A model generated the notes under the pieces. It saw nothing but the letters and a program-made list of their open reading frames with translations, did no database searches and was not told the origin of the DNA. This document shows positions 17,542-52,527 of a stretch of DNA of 64,000 bases, in pieces (the stretch's first letter is position 1; each line of letters starts with the position of its first letter). The DNA is from the human T2T-CHM13v2.0 reference genome, Homo sapiens: assembly GCF_009914755.1 (NCBI RefSeq), contig NC_060943.1. One strand, given 5' to 3'. The position numbers were made by a program, and so were the translations under genes.

Positions 17542-18014
17542 TGTATTAGTTCGTTTTCATGTTGCTGATAAAGACATACCCAAGCCTGGGAAGGAAAATA
17601 GGTTTAACGGACTCACAGTTCCACATCATGAGGAGATTCTCCAGAGTCTGAGGGTCAAAGGAGTTCCAGTGATTTATTTATTTATTTATTTTTTAAGACA
17701 GAGACACGCTCTGTCACCCAGGCTGGAGTACTGTGGCACAATCTCAACTCACTGCAACCTCACAATCATGGCAGAAGGAGAAAGGCACTTCTTACATGGC
17801 AGAAGCAAGAGAGAATGAGGAAGAAGTGAAAGCAGAAACCCTTTATGAAACCATCAGATCTCATGAGACTTATTCACTACCATGAGAACAGTATGGGGGA
17901 AACCATCCCCATGATTCAATGACCTCCCACTGAGTCTCTCCCACAACATGTGGGAATTATGAGAGTATAATTTAAGATGAGATTTGGGTGGAGACACAGA
18001 GCCAAACTGTATCA
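17542..18014 (-). mobile_element. THE1-family (MaLR) solo LTR inserted in the provirus
   Basis: TGTATTAG...GCCAAACTGTATCA termini, THE1 consensus core, 5-bp TSD GGGAG (17537-17541 / 18015-18019). Confidence 0.9.
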
Positions 18015-18019
18015 GGGAG

Positions 18020-23020
<5,001 letters not shown>

Positions 23021-23022
23021 AG

Positions 23023-23170
23023 ACTGTCAAACTCCAAATGGTGATGCAAATGGAGCCTCAGACGATGACTCCCTTTTACTGGGAGCCCTTAGATAGGCCC
23101 CCGAGGGAAAATCTGACTGCCATTTTTCTGAAAACAATGCCCCCTGTCAGCATGAAGCAGTTAAGAATGA
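23023..23170 (+). pseudogene. env cytoplasmic-tail remnant (HERV-W/ERV9-like)
   Basis: TVKLQMVMQMEPQTMTPFYWEPLDRPP resembles the HERV-W Env tail KLQ(MVLQ)MEP...PLDRP, upstream of the PPT. Confidence 0.75.
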
Positions 23171-23258
23171 CCATCATCCAGCCAGGCTCGGTGGCTCACG
23201 CCTGTAATCCCAGCACTTTGGGAGGCCGAGGCAGGTGGATCACGAGGTCAGGAATTCA

Positions 23259-29770
<6,512 letters not shown>

Positions 29771-30929
29771 CCCTCCCCAAGAAGATTTTTAACTGAGGTT
29801 CTCAACTCTTTGGGTGGTCAAACACCTCTTCAGGGGCTGTCACGGAATCACAGCTCCTCTCCCCCAAATACACCAAGACACACAACATTTTGCAGATGAT
29901 TTTACAAGTTTACAGACATCCTCAACCCCACCTCTTCCTACCACCATGATCCATCCTGGAGCCACAAGTGAAAAACCTCTGGCTTCTAGAACAAGAAAGG
30001 AAGAAGGACTCGGAAGCAGATGACCAGGAATCCAAGTTCAGTCCCACTACTGTCTCACTGTAGCGCAAAGAGCTTTGGAAAAGGACGGACTGGGTTCAAG
30101 TCCACGATGTGTGGCCTTAGGCAAGTCACTTGCCCTCTCTGAGCCACATCTATAAAATGAGAGTATTCTCATTTATCTAAAGTGATGCACTCCAGGCACC
30201 TAGATTGTATGCCCAAACACCCATCTTTTGCACACAATGTCAAGTGGTCTGTGGACGCTGAAACCCATCCAGGGACCCCAGATAAGAACCTCTTACTATG
30301 TGTCTAGGCTGGAATGCAGTGGCACAACCTCCACTTTCTGGACTCAAGCCATCCTCCACCTCAGCCTCCCAAGTAGCTGGGACTACAGGCTCATGCCACC
30401 ACACCCAGCTAATTTTTTTTAAATTTTTCATAGAGAGGAGGTTTTGCTGTGTTGCTCATGCTGGTCTTGAACTCCTGGGCTCAAGCAATCCTCCCACCTC
30501 AGCCTCCCAAAATGTTGGGATTACAGGCATGAGACACTGAGCCTGGCCAAAAGTCTTTGCTGTTGCTCCAGCTTGAAAGCTCATTCCCATCCCAGGGGTT
30601 TCACACAGCCATTCCCTCTGTCCAGAATGGACTTGCCCTGGCTTTTGGTATCGTTGGTTCCCTCTTGTCATTAAGGGCTCAACTGCAAAGTGCACTCCCT
30701 GGACCACCCATGTGATAGTGCTGCTCCCAGAACCATCATCTTCCAGAATATTATTGTATTTTATCTTTTTTAGCGCCTATCAATGGCTGGAAGTGCTTTG
30801 TGTGTGTGTGTTTTTATTTGTTTAATATCTATATCCTTCATTAGGGCAAGGACGTTGTATGTCTTTGTTGTCTTGGATCCCCAGAGGCTAGCATCTGATA
30901 TATAGCAGGAGCCCAATATATGTATGTGT

Positions 30930-31710
30930 GTTGAATGGGTGAATGAATGAGTAGTTGAAAAGTAGATGAATGAAAGGATGGTTGAATGATTTGGATGGAT
31001 AAATGAATGGACAAACGAATGGCTAAATGTGGGCGAATGGATGGATGGATGGATGGATGTAGGGTAAGGTGATGGATAAATAATTGGGTAAATTAATGGA
31101 TAAATGGCTTAATAGGTGGATGAATGAAAGGATAATAAATGATGGATGATGATGAATAATTGATAATGGATGGATAGATGAATGGATAGTTTGATGGATG
31201 ATTCAATGGATGGATAGATACATTAATGAATGAATAGGTGGATTAAAGGATAGATAATAGAAGAAAGGCGGAATCGTTGGATAAATTACTGGATGGGCAA
31301 ATTAAAGGATGAATAGATGATAGTTCAATGGAGAGTTCAATAGATGAATGGATGGATGGATGGATAAATTAGTGGTGGCTGGATGAATGGATAAAGTATT
31401 GGATGGGTGAATTAACGGGTGGATGGAAGGATGGAGAAATTAATGTGTGGATGAATTAAAAGATAGGTAGATGGATAAACTAATGGGTAGATAAATTAAA
31501 GGATGGGTAGGTGGATGGTTAGATGGATAAATTAATGGATGGATGAATCAAAGGATGGGTGGATGATGAATGGATAGAGGAATAAATTAATGGGTAGATG
31601 AATTAAAGGGTGGGTGGATGAATGAATAAATTAATGGTAGATGAATGAATGAATGGATGAATAAATTATGGGGCAGATGAATTAAAGGATGAGTGGGTGG
31701 CTGGATGTTT
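30930..31710 (+). repeat. Degenerate (TGGA/TGAA)n simple repeat, ~780 bp
   Basis: Continuous GGATG/GAATG/GATAAATTAAT units. Confidence 0.93.
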
Positions 31711-32144
31711 GTCAAACTCTATGCTAAGGACTTCACACACATTCATTTGTTTTAACCACACAAAAACCCCCACAAGACAAGGAATATTATTTCTGTTTTA
31801 CAGACAATGTCCTTGAGCTTCTGAGGCAGGAAAAATCACTTCCCCAAGATTGTACAACTAGAAAATGGTGGAGCAGGAATTCTAACTTAGGTCTGCCTGA
31901 CTCCAGGCCCCGTGCTCTTAACCACCATGAAAACAGACCTTCCCCACCACTCCACCACTGCTTTAGAGACTATCCTGGCTACCCTCGCTCCTCTCTCATG
32001 TCCACATGCCCCCAAAGCACCCAGACTGCCCAGTCTGGGACTCTGCTGTTCTCAGCTGTGAACCTGAGGACCTCACAAGTCCATGGGAGGAGGTGAGTGG
32101 GTCTTCATGTAACATCTCCACATGCACATGTGGATGTAGAATGA

Positions 32145-32574
<430 letters not shown>

Positions 32575-32933
32575 TAATATTTAGATGCCACATCCTTCAG
32601 TCACCCCAGTACCTGGTGACACAGTCCCACCAGCTCATGTGACAATGGTCACTGGGAGGCTGTGGACACAGAGGAGGAAATGAAAGAGGATGGGGGGGGT
32701 CATGGAGGGGAGATGCACGAGACAGCCCCCCACAGTCACCAGGCTGCTGCTCAGAGATGTCACAAAGTCCATCATCTGCCTCAAGGCAGGGCAGCGCAGG
32801 ACAAGGAGGACACGGAAGGGGAAACAGAGGAAGGAACCACGAGTGTCCCGCAGGTGCAAGTCCTGACCGGGGCTATCTTCTCAAGACACAGGCAAGTTGT
32901 TGGGTGGTTGGATAGTCAAGAGGCTGGCAGGTC

Positions 32934-33102
32934 TCAGCAGTCCTTGTCATCACCCCGGATTTCCACGTAGGGCAGCCCCACGGGCCAACTGTCCCGAGGC
33001 CAGTAGCGGACTTTGAGGGTTTCACCTGGCATCTCATAGTTGGCATCCACCAAGGCCATGGTGACCATGCCATAAGGGAAGGTGATGCTGATGAGCACAT
33101 GC
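32934..33102 (-). CDS. ACER1: Alkaline ceramidase 1, exon 6 (W-HVLISITFPYGMVTMALVDANYEMPGETLKVRYWPRDSWPVGLPYVEIRGDDKDC*)
   Basis: Acceptor CTCCACAG at 33104-33103, TGA at 32936-32934; completes the HxxWH zinc motif. Confidence 0.96.
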
Positions 33103-33372
33103 CTGTGGAGTGCAGGGCGAAGGTGGCGAGGGCACAAGATACCCACAGCCTCACGCCGGCCCTCTTTTTACTTCTCATGACTCTTGACCATCCATCCAGG
33201 GGAGCCTTCTGGGTCTGGCCCCGTGACTGCAGCCTTCCCCTACCGCCAGGTCCCAGTGTCTGGCTCTCCTCTCTCTGCTTCTCCAACCCCAGCCCCCAGG
33301 TGCCTACTCCGAGCTTTGGCATCTAAGATTCTCTGACTCTGGGCCCCCCACAGCCTCAGAGCATGTGCTTAC

Positions 33373-33510
33373 CAGATGCTGTGCAGATAGAAGAAATGAA
33401 TCCTCTGCCAGAAGCTGCAAAGCAGACGGTCACTGATCCAGCTGGTCAGAGCAACAGCCCATAAAACCACGGAGACCTCAATCAGGTGCCGAAGCTCCTT
33501 ATTGCTGGTC
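33373..33510 (-). CDS. ACER1: Alkaline ceramidase 1, exon 5 (TSNKELRHLIEVSVVLWAVALTSWISDRLLCSFWQRIHFFYLHSIW)
   Basis: CTCTAG acceptor, GTAAG donor, 138 nt, frame consistent. Confidence 0.96.
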
Positions 33511-33719
33511 CTAGAGAGGGGAGAGGGGGACCAGGGGCTGGCTCGGAGAGCAGCACCTGATGGGGCTGATGGGAAATTCCTCCTTCCACAGTGATGAGGC
33601 TCAGAGGTTGGGAGAAGGGAAAGAGCAGGAATTGAGGGTGCAAGCAGAGGGGGCCCAATCTCGTGCTTAGAACTAACACAGCATTTCCAGCACAACAGGT
33701 GCAGTTCCAAATGTCCTTC

Positions 33720-37130
<3,411 letters not shown>

Positions 37131-37542
37131 AAGAAGGTCCTGAGGCTCCCAAGTGGACTCAGCAGAAAGTCTCAGGGAGCCCAGGTGAGCCCAGGCAGCG
37201 TCTAAAGGGGGATCCCAGGGAGGACTCAGTAGGATGAGAAGAGGGTCCCAGGGAGCCTGGGAGAGCGTGATGGTTTCCAGGGCCCAGGTGAGGTCAGGCA
37301 AGGAGTTCAGGGGATCCCAGCTGGGCTGAGAAGAGGGATCCCTGGGTCCGGGTGAATTTAAGAGATGTCAGACAGTGGCTCTCCAGGACCCAGTAGGGAT
37401 AAAGGAAAGATGACAGGGGTCCCAGAGGTCAATAGGGTGGGCTGGGGGGGTCCTGGAGGGCTCAGGTGGGTTAAGCCGGGTTAGAAGAGAATTTCACTTG
37501 CCTGTAATCCCAGCACTTTGGGAGGCCAAGGCAGGTGGATCA

Positions 37543-37935
<393 letters not shown>

Positions 37936-38366
37936 TCACAGGGGTCAAGGGTGGGAGTGGGGATCAATTAGATCAAGAGAGGGACCCAGGGGGTCTAAGC
38001 AGATCAGATGAAAGATGCCAGGAACGCCAGGTGAGAGGCTCGGGGAGGAGTCCCTCAGGCCCAGGTAAGTGTAGACATGAGGTCCTGGAACTCCTGTTGG
38101 CTGCAACAGATTCTGGAGGAAGTCCCAGGTTATCAAAGTAGGATCAAGGGAGGGATTCCAAGAAACCAGGTAAGCTCAGGGGAGGGGTCTCCAGAAGCCC
38201 AAGTGAGTCAGGCAGGGTCAGGAGAAAACCCGAAGTGGTCAGGGGAGGAATTCCAAGGGCCCCAAAGAGGGTCAAGGGTGGGGACCCAGGGGACTCAGGT
38301 GAGCTCATGTAGAGTCAACTGAAGACTCAGACCCCACCCTGTCCAGATGGCCAGCCCCTGACCCAC

Positions 38367-38508
38367 CTGTTCCCCCCAAGGAAGGAGGGGAAATAGCAGC
38401 GGGGCATCCATATGCTATAGCCACTGCCCAGGAGCCACAGGATGGCGATCTCGTCCAGCAGCTGGCCCAGGAAGCTGAGCGTCATGTGGAAATACATGGA
38501 GAACAGGC
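38367..38508 (-). CDS. ACER1: Alkaline ceramidase 1, exon 3 ([48 protein letters not shown])
   Basis: CTGCAG acceptor, GTGGGT donor, 142 nt; CREST-family SxxxH and D motifs. Confidence 0.96.
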
Positions 38509-38602
38509 CTGCAGCGGCAAGGGCAGGCGGTCAGTGGGGTCCGCCACCTCCTAAACCCCCACTGCCTCCCGACTGTCACAGACCTGAACCACACCTCCCT
38601 AC

Positions 38603-38717
38603 CTATGATCATGAAGAGGACCCAGACAACGTAAATGTAGCGGGAGCGCTTCTGGGCATACGGGTGCATCAGGAGCATCATCAGTGGCCCGAAGATGAAG
38701 AAGGGGATATTGGAGAA
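38603..38717 (-). CDS. ACER1: Alkaline ceramidase 1, exon 2 ([39 protein letters not shown])
   Basis: CTCCAG acceptor, GTAGG donor, 115 nt; 94-nt intron to exon 3. Confidence 0.96.
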
Positions 38718-38906
38718 CTGGAGCAGAGAGAGCCATAGGGAGGAGCTCGTCAGATAGGGGAGACGGAGGAGGCTGCCCTCTGTCCAGACACTCAGTCACC
38801 AGCCAGTCGGTTACCTGCTGCATTTCAGGCAATGCATCAACCCAGGATTTGTCAATCACTCACCTGTCAACCTTTCAGCCGACCCTTTTTTTTTTTTTTT
38901 TTTTAG

Positions 38907-39113
<207 letters not shown>

Positions 39114-39235
39114 TGAACTCCTGACCTCAGGTGATCCGCCCATCTTGGCCTCCCCAAAGTGGTGGGATTACAGGTGTGAGCCACCGCACCTAGCCACTTT
39201 TCAGCTGATCTTGACCATCAGCTGGTCATCCATAG

Positions 39236-39594
<359 letters not shown>

Positions 39595-39689
39595 TAAAGT
39601 GTTGAAATTACAGGTATGAACCACTGCACCCAGCCCCTTTTCCTGTAAAAATAGTATCTCCCAAGTTTGAACTGGGCACACAGCTTACC

Positions 39690-40202
39690 CAGTGAAAGAC
39701 TACATTTCCCAGCCTTCGCTGCAGTTCACTGTGGCCTTGTGGCCTTTTGACCTGCTCTGGCCAATGAGATAAGAATGTAAATGACATCTACTACTTCCAG
39801 GTCAGTCCTTTCAAAAACCACGTAAGGAAAGCTTGCCCCCTTTCCTCTTCCTGTGGGCTGAAATGTGGCCATGGATGTCATGAGTTGACCTTGCCCTTGC
39901 AGACAAGGAAAGACGATGCAGTACCTTTTTGACAAACAGCATGAAGCAGAAATGATACTGTGTGACTTCTGAGGTTAGGTCATAAAAGGAACTGTGGCTT
40001 CCACCTTTCTCTATCTCATAGGACAAGACGTCCAGATCCTAGGCCACCACACAAGAAGACTGGCTACCCTTGAAGCCACCACGCTGGAGAAACCATGTGT
40101 AGAGACCACACTGAGATGGAGAGAGATGCCAGAGGAGGGCCAGTGGTTCAATTCTTCCCTATACAGTCATCAGACACATGAGTGAATGAAACTTCAGGTG
40201 AT
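39690..40202 (+). mobile_element. MLT1-type MaLR LTR fragments
   Basis: TACATTTCCCAGCC...CTGGCCAATGAGAT; GTGTGACTTCTGAGGTTAGGTCATAAAAGG...CAGACACATGAGTGAA resemble MLT1 consensus. Confidence 0.65.
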
Positions 40203-40314
40203 GGCCGGGCATGGTGGCTCACGCCTGTAATCCCAGCACTTTGGGAGGCTGAGGCAGGTAGATCACCTGAGGTCAGGCGTTCAAGGCCAGCCCAAAAAAC
40301 ATAGTGAAACTCTA

Positions 40315-40680
<366 letters not shown>

Positions 40681-40844
40681 TCACCTCAAAAAAAAAAAAA
40701 AAAGGTCACAAGAACATTTGCACCCAAAATTAAATGACTCAAGACCCCGACGTGCTGACATCAGACTTTGACTCCCCACAAAGTGTCTCCCTGATATGTC
40801 TGAGCCGCGACAAGTCTCTCATATGACAAATACTTATATAATAT

Positions 40845-43519
<2,675 letters not shown>

Positions 43520-43913
43520 TGAACTAAGACAGGTGTGGAAAGAAAAACAAGTGATTGATATGAAATGGACAATGTCAGTAAACAGATTACGACTACAGTT
43601 CTGGACTGCAAGCGCTTCTCTTCAGTGGTCCAAGGACAGATGGGACAGGGGCCATGCCAACGCCTCCATGCGCCTCTTCTCAGCCCGTGGCCCTAGTTCA
43701 GTTGCCTCCATTTGTGCTGATGCACACATACTCCCAAACAAACACAATGTTCCCTCTGCCTCCAACCAAACACCAGCCCTTGAATATCAACGCGTGCCTG
43801 AAGATACTGACCCAACCAGTCTCCCAGATTCAAAAGCATCCATTAAAACGTGTCTGGGCCTTCAATAAATAAAGTCTAAACTCTTAAACTTGGCGTATAA
43901 ATTCCTTCCATAA

Positions 43914-44282
<369 letters not shown>

Positions 44283-44580
44283 TAATCCCAGCACTTTGTG
44301 AGGGTGAGGCGGGCAGATCATGAGGTCAGGAGATCGAGACCATCCTGGCTAACACGGTGAAACCCCGTCCTAAAAAAAACAAAAAAAAAGTACAAAAAAT
44401 TAGCCGGGCATGGATTACAGCTCACGCCTGTAATCCCAGCACTTTGGGAGGCCGAGGTGGGCCGATCACCTGAAGTCGGGAGTTCGAGACCAGCCTGGCC
44501 AACATGGAGAAACCCCATCTCTACTAAAAATACAAAATTAGCCAGGTGCGGTGGCGCATGCCTGTAATCCCAGCTACTCA

Positions 44581-44760
<180 letters not shown>

Positions 44761-44807
44761 TCAGGCAGGCGGATCATGAGGTCACGAGATCGAGACCATC
44801 CTGGCTA

Positions 44808-45265
<458 letters not shown>

Positions 45266-45423
45266 TAGCCAGGATGGTCTCGATCTCCTGACCTCGTGAT
45301 CCAGCCGCCTCAGCCTCCCAAGTGCTGGGATTACAGGTGAGAGCCACCGCGCCCGGCCAAAATCTAAACTCTTAAACTTGCCTTATAAAATTATTCCTGG
45401 CCGGGCGTCGTGGCTCACGCCTA

Positions 45424-45969
<546 letters not shown>

Positions 45970-47213
45970 TCAAAAAATAGCTGGGGCTGCTGCTGTTGTT
46001 ATTGTTGAAGGAGATAATAATAATAACAGGCCTGTTATGGGTATCGTTATTCCAAGCTTAGGGGCCAGCAGAGTCCAGCCAGGAGTTATCAACAGTGTCC
46101 CTAAGCGCTCAGAAGGAGGACAGAGACTGTGGGTGGAGATACTGACTAATGGGGGACCCCGACTAATGGAGTTTCCGATAACATCGGAAACTGCCTGGAT
46201 GCCAGGGTCTCCCTCCCTGCCTTCCGGGGCTCAGCCCCCACGTTCCCTGCTTCTCATCCCACCCAGGCTCTGCCAGGCGGGGGAGACACCTGTCTGGGAT
46301 CCCATCCAAAGCCAGCCCAGTCCTGAACTCTGGACACAAGTGAGCTGGACCTTCTTGGTCCCAGCTCCAGCAGGTGACATCACCTCCCTCCCTTCCTTCA
46401 TTCATTCGTTCATTCATTCATTCATTCATTTGTCCAAGCATCCCTTGAGTACCTACTATGTGCTCAAGGACCATACCAGTGTCTGAAAACAAAGTCCCTG
46501 CCTTCTCGGGGTGTATACAGTCAGGACAGCAGGGGACCTCCTGTGCCTGGTTTTCCTGCTCCTACTTCCAGAGGCTGCTGTGAGGATTACAGAGTTAAGT
46601 GCCACGGGACCAGGGAGCTCTGTGTGTTTTGCCCCCTCCCCACCCTGTATCTAGAACACTCTCTGGCACACAGTAGGCGCCTAATACATTTTAGTAGAAA
46701 AGAATACACATAAATAATACAGAAGGGGCCAGGCGCAGTGGCTCATGTCTGTAATCCCAGCACTTTGGAAGGCTGAGGTGGGCAGATCACTTGAGGTCAG
46801 GAGTTCAAGACCAGCCTGGCCGACATGGAGAAACCCTGTCTTTACTAAAAATACAAAATTAGCCGGTGTGGTGGTGGATGCCTGTAGTGCCAGCTACTCA
46901 GGAGGCTGAAACAGGAGAATCGCTTGAACGTGGAGGCTGCAGTGAGCTGAGATCGCACCATTGCACTCCAACCCCTGTGACAGAGAGAGATTCTGTCTCA
47001 AAAAAAAAAAAAAAAAAGGAAAGAAAGAAAAGTTTGTTGAATACATCTCCAACATCTCCTCATTCTTCGTCCTCATTGCCAAAGCTCAAACTCCCTCCCA
47101 CCAGCAACACCTGGCCTCTGTCTCCAGTTGAGGACAGCCACCTGCATTCATTCCAAGTGTGCCTGCTAATGTTGGAGGGACGAAGTGTGCACCGGCCACA
47201 GCACAAGACTTAA

Positions 47214-47522
<309 letters not shown>

Positions 47523-48014
47523 TAATTCCTAATCACCAGTAATTAAGTGGTCTCACAGCACCATGGTTAAGGGAGAGATTCTAGGACCAGGCTCTTTAAG
47601 AAGCTGCAACTTTTGTGCAATTGTAATTTGCATACTGTGTGGCCCTAGGAAAGAAATATACCCTCTCTGAGCCTTGATTTCCCCATCTGTAAAATGGGGA
47701 GCATAATTGTACCTACTTCATAGGATTTTATGAGGATTACAGTTGGTGCTAATTATTCAATGAAATGAATAAATACCTAATAAAATTAATGAATGTCACT
47801 TTGACATCTCTGGGTGCTGTATTCACTCGTAATAAGAATAGCTACAATGTATTCAGTGCTTAGGATGTGCCAAGAGCTGTGGGTTGTTTTTTTTTTTTTA
47901 ACATCCCTATTTTTAAAATCAAGACATAAATCACATACTATAAAATTCACTCTTTTAAACTATGCAATTCAGTGGGTTTCAGTATATTCATAAGGCATGC
48001 AACCATCACACTAG

Positions 48015-48350
<336 letters not shown>

Positions 48351-48525
48351 TAAAAAAAGAGAGTGAATGCATGAGTTTTTCTTCCTTGGCACATCCCACC
48401 GCCTGGCATCTTGTAGCCTTGACTTTGGCTTATTTTCTTCTTCTCCATCCCCAGAACATCAGCCCCACCAGGGCAAGGAGTTTCTTGTATTTTTTTCTTT
48501 GTTTGTTTTGTTTTGTTTTGTTTGA

Positions 48526-48675
<150 letters not shown>

Positions 48676-49568
48676 TAAAATTATTTTTAGTAGAGACGGG
48701 GTTTCACCATGTTGGCCAGGCTGGTCTCGAACTCCTGACCTCAGGTCATCTGCCCACCACGGCCTCCCAAAGTACTGGGATGACAGGTATGAGCCACTGC
48801 ACCCGGCCGGCAGGGAGTTTTGGTGCTTGGATCACTGCTGTGTCCTCAGAGCCTGGAGCAGAGCCTGGTGCTCCTGCAATTCTTGTTGAATAAAGAAGAA
48901 ATTGTTGTCCCAACAACTCAAACCCCTCCATCAGCCCCAGGATGCTTGCAGGGAAGGGTCACCAACACCTGTTTTCTTCAAAGGAGAAAGGAGGTCCAGA
49001 GGAACCTATCTTGCCTGGGAGTATCATGGGCTAGATCACTGGTTTCATGCATGTAATTATCCAACTTACGGCATCTGCCTTCCCTGGGTCAACAAGATTT
49101 ATATACAAATTCATCCCTAAGTCATTTGTAATTGCAATAAAAAATGAATAAATAAAATAGAAACTGTAACACTGTCACCCAGGTGCGTGGGGCTGAATAC
49201 ATTCTAGTGAAATATTATGCAGCTATTTAAAAGGATGCTTTTGATCTAAAGATGTAAATGAAAGACAAAATATGTAGCAGAAATATGTAGCAGCTCCTAT
49301 TTGACTTCCAGGACTCGAGCACATCTTCTTCTTCTCTTCTGCTGTCTTTCCCCAAACTCCTACCCCACTTGGCAAACTCCTATTCATCTTTCAAAACCCA
49401 ACCCTGGGTGCCCTTTTCCATGAAGCCTCCCAACACCTGGGCTGACTCCTCGGGTGTTTTCTTCTCCTGTAGCCACAACCATGAGTGTCTGGGCTCTGCA
49501 ACCTCAACCCCAGACTCAGCTCCTTGCAAACAGAGCAACAAGAAAGCAAAAGATTCTTCTTTGGAGAA

Positions 49569-50575
<1,007 letters not shown>

Positions 50576-50737
50576 GAGAAGTATTTTCCTGCCCTCCCAT
50601 CTTGCTTTTGGTAGGGCCTGGCACACCAGAGGCGTCCAGTAATTAATTGTTTTTGCTGTGGATATTGATAAGAAGGACAGCAGAAGAGGGAGGCATGAGT
50701 GGATCTCACATCCATACTTGTAATTTAGAGCTTATGA

Positions 50738-51298
<561 letters not shown>

Positions 51299-51659
51299 TG
51301 AAGTGATCATAACTCACTGCCTCCAGGACCTGGGGGACCTTGAAACTTCCACCTGCACCATTTGAAACTCTCTGCCAGGCGAGGTGGCTCATGCCTGTAA
51401 TCCCAGCACTTTGGGAGGCCGAGGCGGGCAGATCACCTGAGGTCGGGAGTTCAAGACCAACCTGACCAACATGGAGAAACCCCATCTCTACTAAAAAAAA
51501 AAAAATACAAAATTAACCGGGCGTGGTGGCACGTGCCTGTAATTCCAGCTACTTGGGAGGCTGAGGCAGGAGAATTTCTTGAACCCGGGAGGCAGAGATT
51601 GCACTGTTGCACTTTAGTCTGGGCAACAAGAGCGAAACTCCATCTCAAAACAAAATAAA

Positions 51660-51835
51660 ATAAAGAAAGAAAGAGAAAGAGAGAGAAGAGAGAAGAAAGA
51701 AAGAGAAAGAAGGAGAGAAGGAAAGGAAGGAAGGAAGGAAGGAAAGAGAGAGAGAGAAAGGAAGGAAGGAAGGAAGGAAGGAAGGAAGGAAGGAAGGAAG
51801 GAAGGAAGGAAGGAAGGAAGGAGGAAGGAAGGAAA
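51660..51835 (+). repeat. GA-rich/(GGAA)n microsatellite including 15 perfect GGAA units (51760-51819)
   Basis: Direct read. Confidence 0.93.
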
Positions 51836-52416
51836 CTCTCCTAAGTTGTCATCAACCCAGAAGAAGGCTGCACCTGGAGGCCACCAGGCCAATGCAAGCA
51901 GGAGCAAACTGACGGAGCCCACACCTGGACCTCTTCCCCTTCCCTACTCGAGCCGCCCCTCCCACACTGCTGACTTCTGTTCCTGTTGGATGACCCTTCC
52001 TGGCTCTCTCTGCCCATCTGCCAAATGCCACCGGTTGCCCCAGCTGACCCCACATCATGACTCTCCTCTGTTCAAAAGCCACCCCATGGCTCCCCAGGGC
52101 TCTCAGGACAGAGCACACAGTCCTCAGCCTGACATTCCCAATTTGGCCCCTGAAAACCTTTCCAGTCCTTTCTCTCACCCTTCAGTCTCTCCCCCATCGA
52201 CTGGGGAGACTCCCCCTGGGCTCCGCTTCAAGCTGCTCACTATTTCCTGCCAGGCTGTGCTGTTCCACCTCAAGACCTTGGCCGGGTGCAGTGGCTCACG
52301 CCTGTTATCCCAGCACTTTGGGAGGCTGAGGTGGGTGGATCACTTGAGGTCAGGAGTTCAAGACCAGGCTGACCAACAAAGTGAAACCCTGTCTCTATTA
52401 AAAATACAAAAAATTA

Positions 52417-52527
<111 letters not shown>

